A model generated the notes under the pieces. The model did not search any database. It was given only the letters and a program-made list of their open reading frames with translations, and was not told the origin of the DNA. 56,340 nt of DNA from Eledone cirrhosa (Eukaryota), in assembly GCA_964016885.1 (NCBI GenBank), contig CAXHJY010001610.1:1-56340 (forward strand). The letters run 5' to 3'. Each line of letters opens with the position of its first letter. Positions within the stretch are counted from its first letter, which is position 1. Position numbers and translations under genes: made by a program. Positions 36,129 to 46,952 of the stretch are shown piece after piece.

Positions 36129-39100
36129 TCTTCTTTGTTTCGCCCGCGGATGGCTAACATAACCCCATCTCCCCCCGCCCCCCACCACCCCCACCCTCCA
36201 AACGCGATCCAAAACTTCAGAGTTGGTACCATAAATGTAGGCACCCTAAAGGGTCGCGCTAACGAGGTTGTAGAAATGCTTGAACGTAAGGAGGTCGATG
36301 TTTGTTGTATTCAAGAGACCAGGTGGAGGGGTGGGTCTGCTAGATTCATTGAGGGTAAAAAACGATGTTATAAGCTTTTCTGGGTGGGAAACGACGATGG
36401 GCTGGGTGGAGTAGGAATCATGGTAGCAGAAAAGTGGGCAGATAAGATAATAGACGTAAATAGAGTGAACGACAGAATAATTAAAATACGACTTGTCCTC
36501 AATAGAACTACGGTGACAGTAATATCTGCGTACGCACCCCAATCCGGACTGCCCGGCACTATAAAAGACAGATTCTATGAGACACTGATGCTCACTACCT
36601 CCCAAATATCTGACAGTGACTATATAATTATTGCAGGCGACCTAAATGGTCACGTTGGTCAACATTGTGACGGCTACGACGAAATCCATGGAGGCTATGG
36701 GTTTGGTACTAGAAATGAGGAAGGCTCCAGAATCCTGGAATTCTGTGATGCAAATAACCTAACTATCTGTAACACTAACTTCAAAAAACGTGACAATCAC
36801 CTGATCACCTATAGATCCGGGGAACACACAAGCCAGGTAGATTATATCCTTACCAGAAGACGTGACAGAGTGTCTGTTGTAAACACTAAATCCCTCCCCC
36901 ATGAAGAATGCTCCTCCCAACATAGACTGATAATTAGCGACCTCATAGTCAGGACGAGACGTACTCGACAGCAGAAGAGGACTATCCTCAGGAGAAAAAT
37001 ATGGAAGCTAAAGGACCCCACAGCCAAAAATAAATTTCAAAACATATTACTTGATGCTTTCGACAGTAAGGAAGAACATTTAGAGTCGGACAATATAGAG
37101 GGACAGTGGGAATTTCTGAAAGCAAACCTGCTGTTGGCGACAGACGAAGTCTGTGGCTGGAGCAGGCCTGTAGGCAGGAGGAGAGTAACATGGTGGTGGA
37201 ACAGTAAGGTGGAGGGGTCAATTAAGGCCAAAAGCAGGCTTGGAAAGTATGGCGGGATGGGGGAAGTAGAGTAGACTATCAAGTGGCCAGGAGGGAAGCT
37301 AGGAGAGAAGTGTACTTAGCAAGAAGGGAAGCTGAGGAAAGAAAGTTCAAGCATGTCCTACAACGCGATGACCAAAAACGTGAGGTGTTCAGGATTGCTA
37401 GGCAATGCGTCAAGGAAAACCGTGATATTGTCGGGGAGAAGTGTGTACTTAACGATGATGGCATACTTGCCATCACCGACACTGATAAGAAGGTAGCTTG
37501 GAAGTGTCACTATGAAAGGCTACTAAATGAGGAGAATAAATGGGAGAAAGACAGTCTCCCCCATGTCGACCCAATAGAGGGACCAGCAGTGTTAGTCGAG
37601 GGGAGTATAATAAGTAAGGCAATCAAGGATATGAAGACAGGTAAGGCGGCTGGGCCTTCGGAAATAGTTGCTGAGATGCTGAAGGCATCTGGCACGGTGG
37701 GACACACCATGGTCACCCGCATAGTTAACCAAGTCGTACAGAATGGGGTTGTTCCGAAGGACTGGCATAGCAGCATCATCGTTAACTGTTATAAGGGTAA
37801 AGGAGACGCCCTAGATAGGAGTAACTATAGAGGCATTAAATTAATCGACCAGGTCATGAAGGTCACGGAAAAAGTAATAGCGCAACTAATCAGAGAGAGA
37901 ATTGACCTAGATGAAATGCAGTTCGGGTTTGTGTCAGGCAAAAGTACCACAGACGCTCTTTTCATAGTACGACAACTACAGGAGAAGTTCCTAGCTAAAG
38001 GTAAACCCCTCTACTTAGCTTTTGTCGACCTGGAGAAAGCCTTCGACAGAGTCCCCCGCTCCATTATCTGGTGGGCTCTTAGAAAACTAGGCGTTGACGA
38101 ATGGCTTGTGAGGGCCATACAAGCCATGTATAAAGAAACAGTCAGCAAGGTTAGAATTAACAACGAATATAGTGAAGAGTTTAGCGTAAAAGTTGGCGTC
38201 CATCAGGGCTCTGTTCTCAGCCCCCTACTATTTATTATTGCCCTTCAGGCTATAACAGAGGAGTTCAAGACAGGCTGCCCATGGGAACTCCTATACGCAG
38301 ACGACCTGACACTCATAGCGGAATCAATGGCCGAGCTAGAGAAGAAATTCCAAACATGGAAGCACGGCCTAGAATCAAAAGGACTTAAAATTAACCTGGC
38401 TAAGACCAAAGTTCTAGTTTGTAGGAAAGAAAACAAGGCGGCGGTCCCTTCTGGGAAATGGTCGTGCTCGGTGTGTAGGAAAGGCGTAGGTAGAAACTCC
38501 ATTTTATGTCCTAAATGCAAAGTATGGGTGCATAAAAGATGTAGTGGGATCACAGGTAAGCTAACTAAGAACATAGATTTTACATGTGGCCGGTGTTCTG
38601 GTGCAATAAGTAGCAGCAAGTGCCCACAAAATACTAGCTCTTTCAATTGCGCAGAGGGTTCTATAGAAATAGTGGACAGCTTCCGTTACCTGGGCGATAA
38701 AATCAGCAGTGGGGGAGGGTGCTCTGAAAGTACTGTAGCTAGAGTCAGAACTGGTTGGAAAAAGTTCAGAGAACTTATACCACTATTAGCTGCTAAAGGG
38801 TTCTCCCTAAAAATGAAAGGCAGGTTGTACGATGCCTGCATACGAACAGCAATGTTGCATGGCAGTGAGACCTGGGCATTGTGTGCAGAGGATATACGCA
38901 GACTAGAGAGGAACGAAGCTTGCATGCTCCGCTGGATGTGTAACAGTAATATACGTGAACGGCAAAGCATAAACGAACTAAGGAAAAAATTAGAGATAAG
39001 AGGGATCAGATGTTGTTTACTCGAGAGAAGGCTACGTTGGTATGGACACGTGATGCGCATGAAAGACGATAGCTGTATAACAAAGTGCAGGGCAATAAAG

Positions 39101-39612
39101 ATAGACGGTAGCCACAGAATAGGCAGACCTAGAAAAACCTGGGACGAGCTGATAAACTCCGACCTCACACACTTACACCTCTCCAAGACAATGTCACTGG
39201 ACCGAGGCCTTTGGCGGTACTCAGTAACAGAGAAGACCCGCCTTGCCAGTAGGCATCTCTAACAAAATACACCCCGTCCCGCCACCACCCCCACCCATCC
39301 ACACCACCCCGTCCTATGTAAAGTTATGTTGGTGCCGCGCCATCCAGGCCGAAACAAATGAGATCGTGTAGGTGTCACGACAAAAAAACACACAGTCCAC
39401 GCTGTAATCTGGCCGTGTAGGCAACACGGTAAAAACCTCCCAGACCCACACTGTAAATGTGGTTGGTGTTAGGAAGGGCATCCAACTGTAGAAAACCTGC
39501 CAGACAGTCCTATGCGAGCAAGACAATCACTCTTGCCTCAAGTGGGACTACCCCCGTCCAAACCCATGCAAGCGTGGAACACGGACGTTAAACGTTGATG
39601 ATGATGATGATG
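36129..39612 (+). mobile_element. RTE LINE family B, copy B2; almost intact, with a possible 5-bp TSD acacc
   Basis: Colinear with B1 from ~31405; (GAT)n tail; acacc at 36124-36128 and 39613-39617. Confidence 0.93.
36150..39262 (+). CDS. RTE APE-RT protein with an embedded PHD-type finger; one -1 frameshift in an A-run (37230-37233); ~1037 aa if repaired
   Basis: ORFs 36099-37274 and 37283-39262 join if the A4 run is read as A5, as it is in B1 (32514-32518). The APE and RT motifs are intact. Confidence 0.9.
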
Positions 39613-39878
39613 ACACCAGAGGTTGTGACACCATCTTCTGTCAGCTGATTGAATCAACAGGCAAGCAGGCTTTAGAAGGTCATCATTAACCAATTAACCT
39701 GCACTATTCTGTGTAAGAACCATTGTTGACACCAACTTAATAAAGAGAGTTAGTTATTTTACTAAATGGCTCCAAATTCTTGATTTCTGATGATAGGCAG
39801 TGTAATTCTTTAGAAATATGGTAATGAAAGGGTTAAACTTTTGGTCTGGAACTCTCATATTTATTTTTCTTTTTGCAG

Positions 39879-39962
39879 ATTTTCACCTGCAGATAGTCAT
39901 GCTGCGCACCAGCTGCATCAATTTCACCATTCTAGAAGAAAAGGGACCAGCAAGTGTAATGG
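39879..39962 (+). other. Candidate 84-nt internal exon of an unknown host transcript
   Basis: Strong acceptor tttttctttttgcag| and possible donor GG|gtatta; length is 3n; two frames are open (DFHLQIVMLRTSC... or FSPADSHAAHQLHQ...). No homology recognised. Confidence 0.25.
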
Positions 39963-40319
39963 GTATTACCATTAACCCTCCTTTTTTGATTTTCTTTTGT
40001 CCTTTTAATTTTTTAATTACAAATATGGTGAGAAATCAGAGACTTCATAGTGGAGAAGTATCTTAGCCAGCAGTAAAAAAAAATAACTCCTGCCAGAACA
40101 GAACACATTGAGACAATGTCATGATAGAAAGTACCCAGTATACTCTTTAATGTGGTTGGTGATCAAACACAGATCATAAAGCAGACTCTTCAGTCTGGCT
40201 GAATATATTGACAAATTGACAACTTCTCTAGTGCAGATCCCACAATAAAATATAACCATTACACTCTGTAAAGTGGTAATGCTGGTACTATGATAAAACA
40301 CACTTAGTATACACTTTAA

Positions 40320-40531
40320 CCCTTTAGCATTTAAACCGGCTGTAACCGGCCAGAATTCTCTCACTTCTTTCTGTTCAAACCGGCTGTAACCAGCCACTCA
40401 TACTGGTGTTGTTCTCAAAATAAATAACATCAAAATCTTGTAGATTCAATATTATGTGAAATAATTATGCGAGATAAAGCCTTTACTGCGAAAATACAAT
40501 AGCAAATATAGAGTACGTAAATGATAAAGGG
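40320..40531. mobile_element. TTAA MITE nested in an older RTE-tail or SINE fragment (~40130-40640)
   Basis: ttaa-ccctttagcattta ... taaatgataaaggg-ttaa. The flanks carry acactctgtaaagtgg upstream and aacccatgccaacatagaaagcaggcgtatgatg downstream. Confidence 0.82.
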
Positions 40532-41620
40532 TTAAGGAGTGTATAAGCAAGATGAGGTCTCGCTGACCTGTCTAGTCTTGAACCATAATAACCTGTTTAA
40601 CCCATGCCAACATAGAAAGCAGGCGTATGATGTTGATTATGATCTCAAAATTGCTTTAGAAAAGGAATAAAAAAACATGTCTGAAGAAATTTATGATAGT
40701 CCACATCAGCAAAACAAAACAACTAATAAAGTTTGTAAAACAGATTTAGGAGTGGGATTCTGACATTTTGCACAGGATCAACTCACAAATATAATTTTTA
40801 ATTGACATAATTTTGTTGTGTTGAGGACACTCATCGTTGGAACTGATGGAGGTCCAACACACACACACATATCATTTTACATTACGATTAAGTAAACCTA
40901 TCTATGTTAAAAACCATTCCAGATGTGACCATCCCATCTTATGCAATGTTTCCATCCTATTTTATGGCTTTGGTTTGAGGGAAATTTTTCTGCTATATTT
41001 AGCAAGTTGTGTAACTGTGTAGGGGTGGGGGTCTTTTGTTGGTTCACACAGATGTGTTCATATACACGCTTTCACACACACAAGCATATGTAAATGTATA
41101 GTGAATTAGTACTAGAACTTGTTAATGTTCTGTTTTCTATTCATGTGTGAAATGACTTCTATATGTTATGACTTATGGGGTGAATTGGTAGAAGCGTTAG
41201 AGCATAGAATGAAATGCCTGTTTGTTTAGGCTCTCTACGCTCTGAGTTCAAACCCTATCATGGTCAATAAAATAAAATACTAGCCCAAGGTAGTGGATTG
41301 TCAGAATTGTTAGAGTGCTAAATGAAATGACTTGCAGTATTTGTTCTAGATCTTAGATTCCGAGGTCAAATTTTCGGTGGTGCCTGGTTTAACACCACTA
41401 TCTGACACTTAGGTCAGTTGGAAGCATTCAGTTCAAATCTCCAGGTTAAAGATACTTTCCTCTCTCCACCCTTTATTTCCTATCCCACCTCCCCCCACTA
41501 ATCTCAGAAGCTCTTCTCTCATTAAACAGTAACAGTCATGAAAACCACATCACTCCATATCTATGTATTTTACTCTAAATGAGAAGATTGTTGTTGTTGT
41601 TGCGACTCTTTAACTCTTAA

Positions 41621-41835
41621 CCCTTTAGCATTTACATTAATCTATTTTTACTATTGTATTTTAATGGTAAACACTTTATCTCACATAGTATTGAATCTAC
41701 GAGATTTTGATATTATTTATTTTGAGAACAATACATTAACATAAGTATGAGCAGCTGGTTATGGCGGTTTTGAATAGAAAGAGGTGAGAGAATTCTGGCT
41801 GGATATGGCCGGTCTAAATGTTAAATCCTAAAGGG
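41621..41835. mobile_element. TTAA MITE copy
   Basis: Colinear with 23883-24093; flanked by ttaa and ttga. Confidence 0.8.
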
Positions 41836-42165
41836 TTGACTTAACAAATCCATTTTATATCTATTTTCTGTAAAATCATTTACAGGACATTAAGAGTTAA
41901 TTAGCCAGCCTCCATCCACCATCTCAAATGGTGGCAACTGCTCCCTGCCTCCACCGTTATGGTTCATCTTTTCATTGGAACATTATATATCATATGTGTG
42001 TGTATGTGTGGACGAGAGAAGAAGAGAGAGATGGAAAATGCTATTCTTAATTATGTATATGTGTATGTGTGTGTGATTTTTTTCTTTTATTGTGTTGATG
42101 TTAATTATCTGTTTTTATTATTGTAGATAGTATATATGTCTGTACATGTTTGTACAAGAGATAGC

Positions 42166-42197
<32 letters not shown>

Positions 42198-42565
42198 AGT
42201 ATGTGTGTGTGTTATTAGATACATAAATAAGATACATGAGAACCTAACTCTGAGATATATAGACTACACAGATGTGTGTGAGTGTGTGTATGTATGTATA
42301 ATATATATATATATATAGTGTGTGTGTGTGTGTATGTGTGTGTATGCATATGTGTCTGTATGTATAAGAGGCCATGTTATCAGTGTCTCAAAGGTTTTGC
42401 AAGGATTGCTGTCATTTTGTCTCACAGCATGTACAGAATTACATCATTTGTAAATATGTGATAGATAGACAGACAGACAGATAGATAGACAGTCAACAGA
42501 AAAGTCAGTACACAATGTGAACATATCTGCTAAATATAAGTATATATTGACATATGTTGTGTGTA

Positions 42566-42629
<64 letters not shown>

Positions 42630-43069
42630 AGATCTGGCAATTTAGCTTCATATTTGTTTTTTTATATGATAGTATTTGAAAGGAGATTGACAGAAATGGA
42701 ATCACAGTGAACCTTGCATCAGTTACGTTTTCTGAAGGTTCTGAGTTCAAATCCTGTTGAAGCTGACTTATCTTATATATATATATATAATTAGAAAGTG
42801 AACACAAAATATAACTACTCCATTACCAAAGGTTTCTGGATCACAGACGATAATAATTTAATATACGTCTGGATCAGTCGTCAGACAGAGATGTTATAGA
42901 TAAACGATATGAAATGAGATTTAAAATCTGTTAATTCAGACGTATATTATATTATTATCGTCTGTGATCTAGAAACCTTTGGTAATGGAGTAGTTATATT
43001 CTGTGTTCACTTTCTAATTAAATAGCTCTGTTCTATACATAGAGCACTCTTTTTTCCTTTGGAATTACC

Positions 43070-43131
<62 letters not shown>

Positions 43132-43949
43132 AATGATGTGCTCATGTGCAGCGATGCTATAAAATACCTTTTAAAATAGGGTGATGACTCTTAAAGACAA
43201 AAAGTTTGAAAAGGCTTGCCGAATACAAGCCAAAAACTGCTAAGTGACACAGCCGGGTTTTTCCTACTACAACACCTAACATTTTTTGTTGCAGCCAGGT
43301 TTTTACCTTCCTTCATACTCACTCTGGTCCTTCCTATGCATAGAGTACTATGGTCATTTATGGTCTCCCTGGTCAGGGCACCGCAGACTTTCAATATATA
43401 TATGAACTCTCTCTGATGAAATGCATTAGAAAAATAGTGAAATGTGTAATAAGGAATTATGTAATAATACAGATTTCACAAGCCATCAGTTTCGTAATGT
43501 ATTGAAACATGTGTAAGAGAATCTCCAGTATTAATAAAAGTATCATTGAATATCAACAAATGTGCTTTTGTTTATAATAACCAATATATATATATATAAT
43601 ATATATCCATGCTAGCGTGAAAGATAGACGTTAAACGATGATGATGATGATAATATATATAATATATATATATGTATCTGGTATGTATAAATCTTGAAAC
43701 TTATAACAATAAATTACTAAAGATATGAAGAATTAAGATTATGTTTTAAGTATAACTATAAAAATGAGAAAACTCATCGCTAGAACAGCCGTTAAAACAG
43801 ATAAATGCTGTCAAAGGCAGGTCAACAGAGCCTGTGGTCAACAGAGAGAGCTAATCCACAAGGTGGGTGACAGGTAGAAGAAATATAGACAAGATTGAAA
43901 GAGGAGGTACAGCAGTGACTGGAAGAAGGAAATAAAGAAAGGCGATATA

Positions 43950-44230
43950 CAAGACAAGTTTACACACACATCTTCACCCTCATCAGCTCACAAACCAGCA
44001 AAATATGTTTGCATGATTTAATCAAATTGTGCGAAAATATTGGATAAATTAGAACAAAAGGAGCCTATTGAATGAAGATATAAACGAAAATTGCATCTGT
44101 ATAAAGGAAATTACATAAATTAATCTTTTTGATAGTATATAGTCGAAAAGTAAAATCTTTGAAGCATGCCTACAACTGCTGAGTATTTCAGACTGTTCAT
44201 TTAAATGAGTCTTGAAATATAGTTATTCAT
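43950..44230 (+). pseudogene. Possible very old Penelope-like (GIY-YIG C-terminal) remnant
   Basis: Fragments CICIKEIT and SKIFEACL resemble the 'CxLCxxEK...RxExxxxCxH' C-terminus; very degenerate. Confidence 0.25.
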
Positions 44231-44384
44231 GCTTAAGTGTAAATAGTGTCTCTCTCTCTCTTTCTGTTACAGTATAAGATGATACACAAATAAAGCGAAA
44301 CATACACACAATCTTTTACACAAATACACAAAACATATTCAAATATACATACATTCAGACAAGATATATATGATGTTACATATT

Positions 44385-45866
44385 TTAAAATTTCCCAGAA
44401 AAATAGAATGAAAAGAAAACTATTTTATGTAAAAGCTTTTTTAAGTCATGATACCAGCCACTTATACCGTCTTGATAGAACCGAGGGTCCTGAGAATTTA
44501 ACCATGTCAAACTAGCCCTTTTTATATCATTAATGGTTTCAAATTGAGTACCTTTTAAAAAACTGTTAAGTTTAGGAAATAAGAAAAAATCAGAAGTTGC
44601 TTAATCAAGATTGTTGGGTGGATGTCTAATAATTTCCCATCAAAATTCCTGCAAAGTCTCCTTTGTTTGACAAGTGGAATGGGCAGGGGCATTGTTGTGG
44701 TAGAAAAGAACTCTCTAATGAAGTTTCCCAGGACACTTTCAGCTAAATTTCTAGCTAATTTTCTCAAAACCTTTTCATAATATGTAGATGTTACTATTTT
44801 TCTTCCCTCTCAGAAGTCATCATCATTATCATCATCATTTAACGTCCATTTTCCACGCTTGCATGGGTTAGACAGGTTATCACGTTATGTTGCAAGTCCG
44901 GTCTGGAGACCACGTCATGCTCATACAGATCTGTATTTTGGCTTCGTTTCTACAGCTGGATACCCTTCCTAACACCAACCATGTTACAATGTGGACTGGG
45001 TACTTTTTATTGTGGCACCAAAATGACCACCTAATAGGGTGGACCAAGTGCTTTTTGTCATGCCACCAGCACGACCACCTTACAAGGTAGACTGGGTGCT
45101 TTTTCTTGTCACCATCACAACCACCTTTGTCCCAGTATCCCAAAAGACTGTTGGTATAACCTTCTCTCCTGAATGGTTCACTCTTGCTTTGACTGGACCC
45201 TTTCCTCCTTTGAGTAACCATTGCTTTGACTGAGGTTTGTCTTCAGGATCATACTGGTAAAACCACATTTCATCTCTAGTCATAATTTGCCGCAGAAAGC
45301 CCTCTATTTTGATCCCATTTGTTTAAACTTTCTAAAGAAAGCTCTGCCCTTGTTTGTTGTTGATCTGGGTGCAACAGTTTTGGCACCCAGTTAGCTTGGC
45401 TTTAATTTATGTGCACTGAATAAACAGAGATGTCTATTGTGTGAGTTATTTTTTCTGCTGTTAATTGTCTGTCTCTATCAATTAAATCTCAAAGAGCATA
45501 GATTTTTTTCTTCACAAACTGATGTTGATGGCTTGCCAGTCTGTTCATCATTTATAACTCTGTTTCGTCTTTCTTTGAAATGAGTTATCCATTTGTAAAT
45601 TACTGATCTCAAAATTTCAACAATGTCCTTTTCTTTCAACTAAGTTTTACCATCAATTTTATGATAGTTCTTGCTTCAGTTTTGACAGAACACATGTTGC
45701 TTTAAAGGTGGTTGTTTTTAAGATGGCGTAAATTTCAATTTATTGCTTCAAATTACTTCCGGATCATTCAGGTTAGAACACATATGTACACTTTTAAGTT
45801 GCTGCAAGCAAGTAGCAAAATGTTCCTATAAAAGACATTTTCCACAAACTTTTTTAATACCCCTCG
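44385..45866 (-). mobile_element. Fossil mariner transposon (Hsmar2-like, irritans type), interrupted by an RTE 3' end
   Basis: Minus-strand peptides TRDEMWFYQYDPEDKPQSKQWLLKGGKGPVKARVNHSGEKVIPTVFWD, RVLFYHNNAPAH and IIRHPPNNLD*ATSDFFLFPKL; TIR start ta|cgaggggtattaaaaaagttt at 45866. Confidence 0.85.
44817..45125 (-). mobile_element. RTE 3'UTR-only insertion with (GAT)n tail inside the mariner
   Basis: Reverse complement of the 29140-29414 type sequence (ttaggaagggtatccagctgtagaaa; aacccatgcaagcgtggaaaatggacgttaaatgatgatg). Confidence 0.85.
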
Positions 45867-46724
45867 TACACATTTCACAATCTGACCCATACATATATAC
45901 ATAGAGAAATAATCTATACATATAATGTTTACTCATGCACCAACACAGTCCTACCTAAATAGATACAATCACACACCCACTATCTATATAGTCACCATAA
46001 CATCATGACAGCTGGTTGTAACTCCACTACCCCCTCTCTCTCCATCCCGGTACACACCCTCACCCCTTATCCCACTTATTACCAATCAGGGTGTCAAGGA
46101 GAAACAAGGCAGAGTATATACACCTACAACATCAACACCACCCTCTTCTCCATATTTCACCCCTTCTCTCTCATCAACATCTAATCTACCTACCCTATCC
46201 ACCTCTCAACCAGCTAACCTGCCTTAGTATTATTATTATATCCCTTTAGATATGTTACCCTTTACTTAACCTAATTTAACACTTTATCTACTGAATCTAA
46301 TCTTCCTACTGCACTCATACCCCCCTCCACACACAAACCCTTATCTATGTAATTATCTCAACCGTCACTACTTACCTACATCTACTCTACCCACTACACT
46401 ACATAACCTGTCTCTACCCGTCAGTCCTTACGGCTTATGCTTCGTCAGGTTCCTTCATATCCACCCTATCTACCTAAGTAGATATATGGTACCTACCTGT
46501 ACTGCACATACCGGTGTAACCTATAGAAAGCATTTCTGCAAGAATAAATAAACAAGGAAGGGTTGCTACCTATGAGTATCACTTAAATTAATCATTATAG
46601 TGTAATTTGAATTCATTAATGAATGTATTGAATTTCCTAATTCACAATACAAACAAAATATAAATAAATCTGGTGAGTAACTAGGGGCTACAGAGTTGGT
46701 GATCAAATGGAGACAGGATAGGGT

Positions 46725-46952
46725 TTGAAAGGACTCGTCCCTCCAGACCAGCATGTGTGAGTCTCTCTAGTGCTGGTGCCACAATAAAATGTAACCAGTA
46801 CACTCTGTAAAGTGTAGTAAGGGTATCTAGCCATAGGGACCATGCCAAATATGAAATGTATGAGCGAAATTAGTTGCTCTGGCTCATCTGGTTTTGAACC
46901 ATGACAGCCCGTCCAGTGTGAAATGCAGACATAAAATGATAATGATGACGAC
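46725..46952 (+). mobile_element. Degenerate SINE 3' half with an RTE-like tail
   Basis: gctggtgccacaataaaatgtaaccagtacactctgtaaagtg ... aatgataatgatgacg. Confidence 0.5.
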
